Shown here: piece after piece, positions 59,777 through 64,000 of the stretch
Position numbering within the stretch: position 1 is the stretch's first letter
How the letters are laid out: every line of letters begins with the position of its first letter
Source: an uncultured Bacilli bacterium
GTDB taxonomy: Bacteria > Bacillota_I > Bacilli_A > RF39 > UBA660
Direction of reading: 5' to 3'
DNA: 64,000 nucleotides
Assembly: GCA_934095965.1 (NCBI GenBank)
Contig: CAKOKR010000002.1
Span: 11,287 to 75,286, forward strand
Translations under genes and position numbers: made by a program
Notes under the pieces: model-generated
Database searches by the model: none
Seen by the model: only the letters and a program-made list of their open reading frames with translations
What the model was told of the DNA's origin: nothing

Positions 59777-60904
59777 TTATTTTAAATTACTTAAACTTTC
59801 ATATACAGATTTAAACACTTCAATAAATTTATTAACTTCCTCAGTTGTACTAACATATGATAGACTTATTCTAATTGTGTGCTTTGCCCTATTTATATCA
59901 TTATATACTGCAATAACACTATTTGATATATCACCACTTGAACAAGCAGTATTAGTACTAACATATATTTCATATTTTTCTAAAGCATGAACTAAAACCT
60001 CAGGCATAACATCCATAACACTTATATTTAAAATTTGAGGAATACTATATTTTGTTTTATTTATTTTAATATTAGGATATTTACTTAAAGCATTTACTAT
60101 TTTTTCATTCAAAAGACTTACAAACCTTTCCTTTTTTTCAAGTCCTTCATTAGAAAGACGAACTGCTTTTGATAAAGCAGCAATTAAAGGAAGCGGCGGA
60201 GTCCCAGGTTTTAAATCATTGGTTTTTCCACTTCCATATATTAAAGGTGTAATTTTAACCATGCTACTTTTATATAAAAAACCTATCCCTTTTGGTCCAA
60301 ATATTTTATGACTTGACATACTTGCTAAATCAACATCACGCATATTTACACTTACTTTACCTATTGCTTGAGTCATATCAGAATGAAAAATCGTTCCCAT
60401 ATTTTCTTTTTTTATAATTTGTCTAATCATTTTTAAAGGTTGTCTAACCCCAATTTCAGAATTAACAGCACAAATACTTACAAGTATTGTATCATCCCTT
60501 ACTAATGATTTTAAATCTTCAAAATCAATTAATCCATCTTGATCATTTTTTACATAACTAACTTCAAAACCCATTGTTTTTAAATAATCGCAAATTACAT
60601 AAATTGATGGATGCTCAAGTTTTGATACTATAATATGTTTTCCTCTTTTATGATTAGCAAGACAAGTTCCAATTAATGCCATATTATTTGCTTCAGTTGC
60701 ACCACTTGTGTAAACTATTTCAGATGGATTAACTGAATATATATCAGCAATTTGCTTCGTAGCACTTTCAAGTAAAGAAAAAGATTTTTGTCCTAAACTA
60801 TGAATAGAATTAGCATTGCCTATAAAATCTTTACTTACCTTTGTAATTGTATCAAGAACATCATAAGAAACTGGTGTTGTTGCACTATAATCAAAATATA
60901 TCAA
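59777..60904 (-). CDS. Cysteine desulfurase (class V aminotransferase, NifS/NifZ-like partner of ThiI)
   Basis: SSHKIFGPKG PLP-lysine motif and C-terminal ACSSG active-site Cys, adjacent to thiI. Confidence 0.85.
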   Translation of the reverse strand: MIYFDYSATTPVSYDVLDTITKVSKDFIGNANSIHSLGQKSFSLLESATKQIADIYSVNPSEIVYTSGATEANNMALIGTCLANHKRGKHIIVSKLEHPSIYVICDYLKTMGFEVSYVKNDQDGLIDFEDLKSLVRDDTILVSICAVNSEIGVRQPLKMIRQIIKKENMGTIFHSDMTQAIGKVSVNMRDVDLASMSSHKIFGPKGIGFLYKSSMVKITPLIYGSGKTNDLKPGTPPLPLIAALSKAVRLSNEGLEKKERFVSLLNEKIVNALSKYPNIKINKTKYSIPQILNISVMDVMPEVLVHALEKYEIYVSTNTACSSGDISNSVIAVYNDINRAKHTIRISLSYVSTTEEVNKFIEVFKSVYESLSNLK

Positions 60905-60917
60905 TTTTTTTCACTTC

Positions 60918-62636
60918 CTAACTATGGGATTCTTCAAGTAATTTTTTATGTATACCTGGTTCCACAATATTTATTGCATTTATAGCATTTTCTAAACTAA
61001 TTTTAAAATTACCTTTTAAGAAAGCATTTTCAGCTTTAATTAAACCAAAATCAACTTCTCTATTTGTCACTCTATAACGATTTCCATACACGATAGCAGT
61101 TTCTGCCATTTTAGCTGTTTTAATTGTTTCGTTAACAGTATTGTAAACTTTTAAAACTAAGTCTCTAGCAGTATCAACTCTTAAATTAAGAGTTTTAATT
61201 GAGATTGGTCTTTTATCTAACTCTTTAATAAGTTCATTAATTGCTTCCATTGCCTCAGATAATTCCACATAATAATTTTTAGGAATACAAGGAAGTTTAT
61301 ATGAACGAACCTTTTCTTTTGTAGTAGATAAAATCTTTTTTATTTCATCAAGTTGTTCACGAGCACGAAGTTCATCTTCTTTTAGACTACCAAGATTTTT
61401 TAAAGCCCCATTTAATTTTTCTTCAGTTTTTATAAGTTTAGAATTAATAATTTCCATTTCACGGGCAAGTTTAGAATATGCAAGCATTTTACTTCTTCCA
61501 ACATCTACAATTTTATCATAACTTGCACGAATACTCATAATTTCCTGTTTAATTTCCACAATAACAGAAACTTCATCATCCGATAAATCATAACTATATT
61601 TAATATCTCCCATTTTTTTATATAATTCATTATTAACTTTTTCAAGTTTTGTTGCCTTAATCAAAATACTTCTACTATAGTCTTCATATATTTTTTTAGA
61701 AATTCGTTCTTTATCAAAATCTGCATATAAAGAATCAAAATAATCATGCATTGTTTTAAGTTCAAAAAGCGAATCTTCAACATTTAATACATTTAAACGT
61801 TGAAAAATATCTTGTATTTTTTTATTAGCTTCATTAATATTATAATCTATATTTAAGTATTCAATATTATAACCTTCACGAGTCATTTTATCAGCTATAT
61901 TTTTTATATCAACTTCTTTTTTAGGTATTAAATTTTTTCCTAGTGTAATAATCGGACGTGCCTCATCAATAATTACTTTTAAATTAGCTATCACATCAGC
62001 TATTGCTTTTACAATTCTACCAACTTCAGTATAAGCATTTTGATCCATGGCATTTTCAAATGCCGCAAATAACTTATCAACATTTTCAAATTGCAATTCT
62101 AACGGAGCTTTTACATCCGCATATTCATCTTCAAATTCTTTATACGTTCCAAGAATATCACGATATTCAGCTTTTAATTTAGTAATTGTTTCTCTATTTC
62201 TCTCTTCACTTAATGTTACATCTTTTATTTCATCTAATAAAAAACTTGCCTTTGTTTTTAAAGTATTCAAATCAAAATCAGCTTTTAAAACTAATCCTTT
62301 TAAATCTTTAAAGTTTTTTTCTTCAAAAAGTTCTTCAATTTCATTAATGGTATCAGTAATTTTAGGCATTTCTACTTCTTTAATATCATTAAATCTTGAT
62401 TTCCAATCATTTAATTTTTCTTTCATTTCATCATTATTAACTAAAGCTTCAACTTTATTTAATTCAGATAACATAGATGCAGAAATAACCATATTCTTTT
62501 CAGTTTCCAATTTTTCTATTTCTTTTTTAAGTTTCTTCTTTTCTTTATTATTTAACACGTTTAAAATAACTATTACCATAACAATAGTTAAAATATAATA
62601 CGCAATTGCTATTAAAATAAATGTAATTCGATCCAT
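60918..62636 (-). CDS. ezrA: Septation ring formation regulator EzrA
   Basis: Single N-terminal TM then a ~540-aa coiled-coil protein, in synteny with cysteine desulfurase-thiI as in Bacillus. ATG at 62636 is preceded by GGTGA. Confidence 0.65.
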   Translation of the reverse strand: MDRITFILIAIAYYILTIVMVIVILNVLNNKEKKKLKKEIEKLETEKNMVISASMLSELNKVEALVNNDEMKEKLNDWKSRFNDIKEVEMPKITDTINEIEELFEEKNFKDLKGLVLKADFDLNTLKTKASFLLDEIKDVTLSEERNRETITKLKAEYRDILGTYKEFEDEYADVKAPLELQFENVDKLFAAFENAMDQNAYTEVGRIVKAIADVIANLKVIIDEARPIITLGKNLIPKKEVDIKNIADKMTREGYNIEYLNIDYNINEANKKIQDIFQRLNVLNVEDSLFELKTMHDYFDSLYADFDKERISKKIYEDYSRSILIKATKLEKVNNELYKKMGDIKYSYDLSDDEVSVIVEIKQEIMSIRASYDKIVDVGRSKMLAYSKLAREMEIINSKLIKTEEKLNGALKNLGSLKEDELRAREQLDEIKKILSTTKEKVRSYKLPCIPKNYYVELSEAMEAINELIKELDKRPISIKTLNLRVDTARDLVLKVYNTVNETIKTAKMAETAIVYGNRYRVTNREVDFGLIKAENAFLKGNFKISLENAINAINIVEPGIHKKLLEESHS

Positions 62637-62706
62637 AACATCACCATATATATAGTTTATCATATAATGCATAATTTTTGAAGTTAAAAAAAGTAACTTT
62701 TTACAG

Positions 62707-63237
62707 TTACTTTTGAAAAATATAATTGTCTATAATGTTAAAGATAGCTACAATAAGTAAAAATGCTCCGGCAAGTTTAGTAATTGCTACTCCAGAAAAA
62801 GGATTAAAAACTAGTAAAAAACCTAAAACTAAAGTTAAAATACTTACCACTAATGTACCTATCCATTTTGAGTTTACATCTTTTAATACTAAAGCTTGTC
62901 TCAATTTAGAAAGTCCTATTACAATTAAAGCAAATCCAATACCAATTGCAACAGCTCTAATAACTGAACCAGGATAAAGTAAAACAATTAACCCAAGTAT
63001 ACTATAAAGAATTCCACTAATCATACTAGATGAGAATAATTTTTGTTGTAAATATTGATAAATTGAATAAATACCTAAAAGCAACAAAGATAACCCTACA
63101 ACAATTCCAAGCAACTTATTTAATGTATCAGGAATGAGCAATAAAATTAATCCCACAAGACCTAAAATCAATGTGTTTGTAAATTCATTATTTGTTGAAC
63201 TATTCTTTTTTTCTAATTTTCCTTTGACACTTGCCAT
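62707..63237 (-). CDS. HdeD/DUF308-like multi-TM membrane protein
   Basis: Six predicted TM helices with repeated GxxxxxxG(I/L)xxI patterns. Confidence 0.4.
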   Translation of the reverse strand: MASVKGKLEKKNSSTNNEFTNTLILGLVGLILLLIPDTLNKLLGIVVGLSLLLLGIYSIYQYLQQKLFSSSMISGILYSILGLIVLLYPGSVIRAVAIGIGFALIVIGLSKLRQALVLKDVNSKWIGTLVVSILTLVLGFLLVFNPFSGVAITKLAGAFLLIVAIFNIIDNYIFQK

Positions 63238-63332
63238 TTATATCACCAAAAATATTATACTATATTTTGACAAAAGTTACAATCTATATTATAATTAAAA
63301 AAACAAAATAATTAATGGAGGTAAAATTATTT

Positions 63333-63450
63333 GTTAGCGCCAGACTCAAGTGGTTAACGAGGATGATGGTTATCGAGATTTCGGCGGATACATCACGGGT
63401 TAGTATACTCGAAAGATATATTATAAAAATCAAAATCAAAATTGTAACAA
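63333..63450 (+). ncRNA. glmS: glmS ribozyme (GlcN6P-activated self-cleaving riboswitch)
   Basis: A|GCGCCAGA...GUGGUUAACGAGGAUGAUGGUUAUCGAGAUUUCGGCGGAU matches the conserved glmS ribozyme core. Lies directly 5' of glmS. The 3' boundary is approximate. Confidence 0.85.
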
Positions 63451-63487
63451 AAAATATATCACATACTTTAAGAAAGGATTTTTTAAA

Positions 63488-64000
63488 ATGTGTGGAATAA
63501 TTGGATATATTGGAACTAAAAAATGTGTTCCAAAACTTATTAATGCATTAGAAGCATTAGAATACAGAGGCTATGATTCTGCTGGAATAGCTTATGTTAA
63601 AAATAATACAGTAGAAATTGTTAAAGAAGTAGGAAAAATTAAAAATTTAAAAGAACAAGTTGACATGAATGAAGATGCCTATATGGGAATTGGTCATACT
63701 AGGTGGGCAACACATGGTGAGGTAAATAAAATAAATGCCCATCCACATAAGGTTGGCAAAATAACTTTAATACACAATGGAATTATTGAAAACTATCAAG
63801 ATATTAAAAATGAAGTTGTTAAAGAAGGATATAAATTTAAAAGTAAAACCGATAGTGAAATTGCTGCAGCTTTAATTGATAGTCTTTATAAGAAAAATAA
63901 TGATATGGTTAAAACATTAAATGAAGCAAGTAAGAAGTTGCGTGGTTCATATGCATTTGTGGTAATGATTGACAACGATGAACATATTTATGCAACTAGA
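63488..64000 (+). CDS. glmS: Glutamine--fructose-6-phosphate aminotransferase, N-terminal part; runs off the right edge
   Basis: MCGIIGYIG...GYDSAGIA...GIGHTRWATHG is a class II glutaminase domain. Confidence 0.95.
   Translation, partial: MCGIIGYIGTKKCVPKLINALEALEYRGYDSAGIAYVKNNTVEIVKEVGKIKNLKEQVDMNEDAYMGIGHTRWATHGEVNKINAHPHKVGKITLIHNGIIENYQDIKNEVVKEGYKFKSKTDSEIAAALIDSLYKKNNDMVKTLNEASKKLRGSYAFVVMIDNDEHIYATR

Noticed and set aside
63315-63500. 61-aa ORF on the plus strand upstream of glmS.
   Set aside because: It coincides with the glmS ribozyme, whose conserved core is clearly recognisable. The ORF is an artefact of the structured leader.

Overview
AT-rich chromosomal segment from a low-GC, endospore-forming Firmicute, standard genetic code (TGA is used as a stop). 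Almost all genes lie on the minus strand and most are core functions. These include der/engB, ffh, the ftsA-ftsZ-spoIIGA-sigE block, nrdD, murC, rnr, rmuC, asnB, typA, recA, a spoIIAA-sigF-spoVAC/D/E block, pcrA-ligA, recX, nrnA, ackA, thiI plus cysteine desulfurase, ezrA, and a glmS ribozyme with the start of glmS. One tRNA-Arg(UCU) is present. I saw no CRISPR array, prophage, integrase or complete mobile element; the only mobility-related gene is one Rpn/PD-(D/E)XK nuclease gene. The items most worth a second look are listed here. (1) A promoter-to-terminator unit with two tandem 49-nt copies of a structured RNA module upstream of an HExxH peptidase gene. (2) An nrdD split so that the glycyl-radical domain is a separate 60-aa ORF. 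(3) A roughly 300-bp GC-rich patch forming the 3' end of a surface-protein gene. (4) Three secreted proteins with TasA/camelysin-type N-termini, one apparently highly expressed. (5) Two paralogous four-cysteine small membrane proteins at the ends of housekeeping operons. (6) A spoIIA-type operon without spoIIAB, and a sigE not followed by sigG. All functional calls come from motif recognition by eye; no database search was possible.
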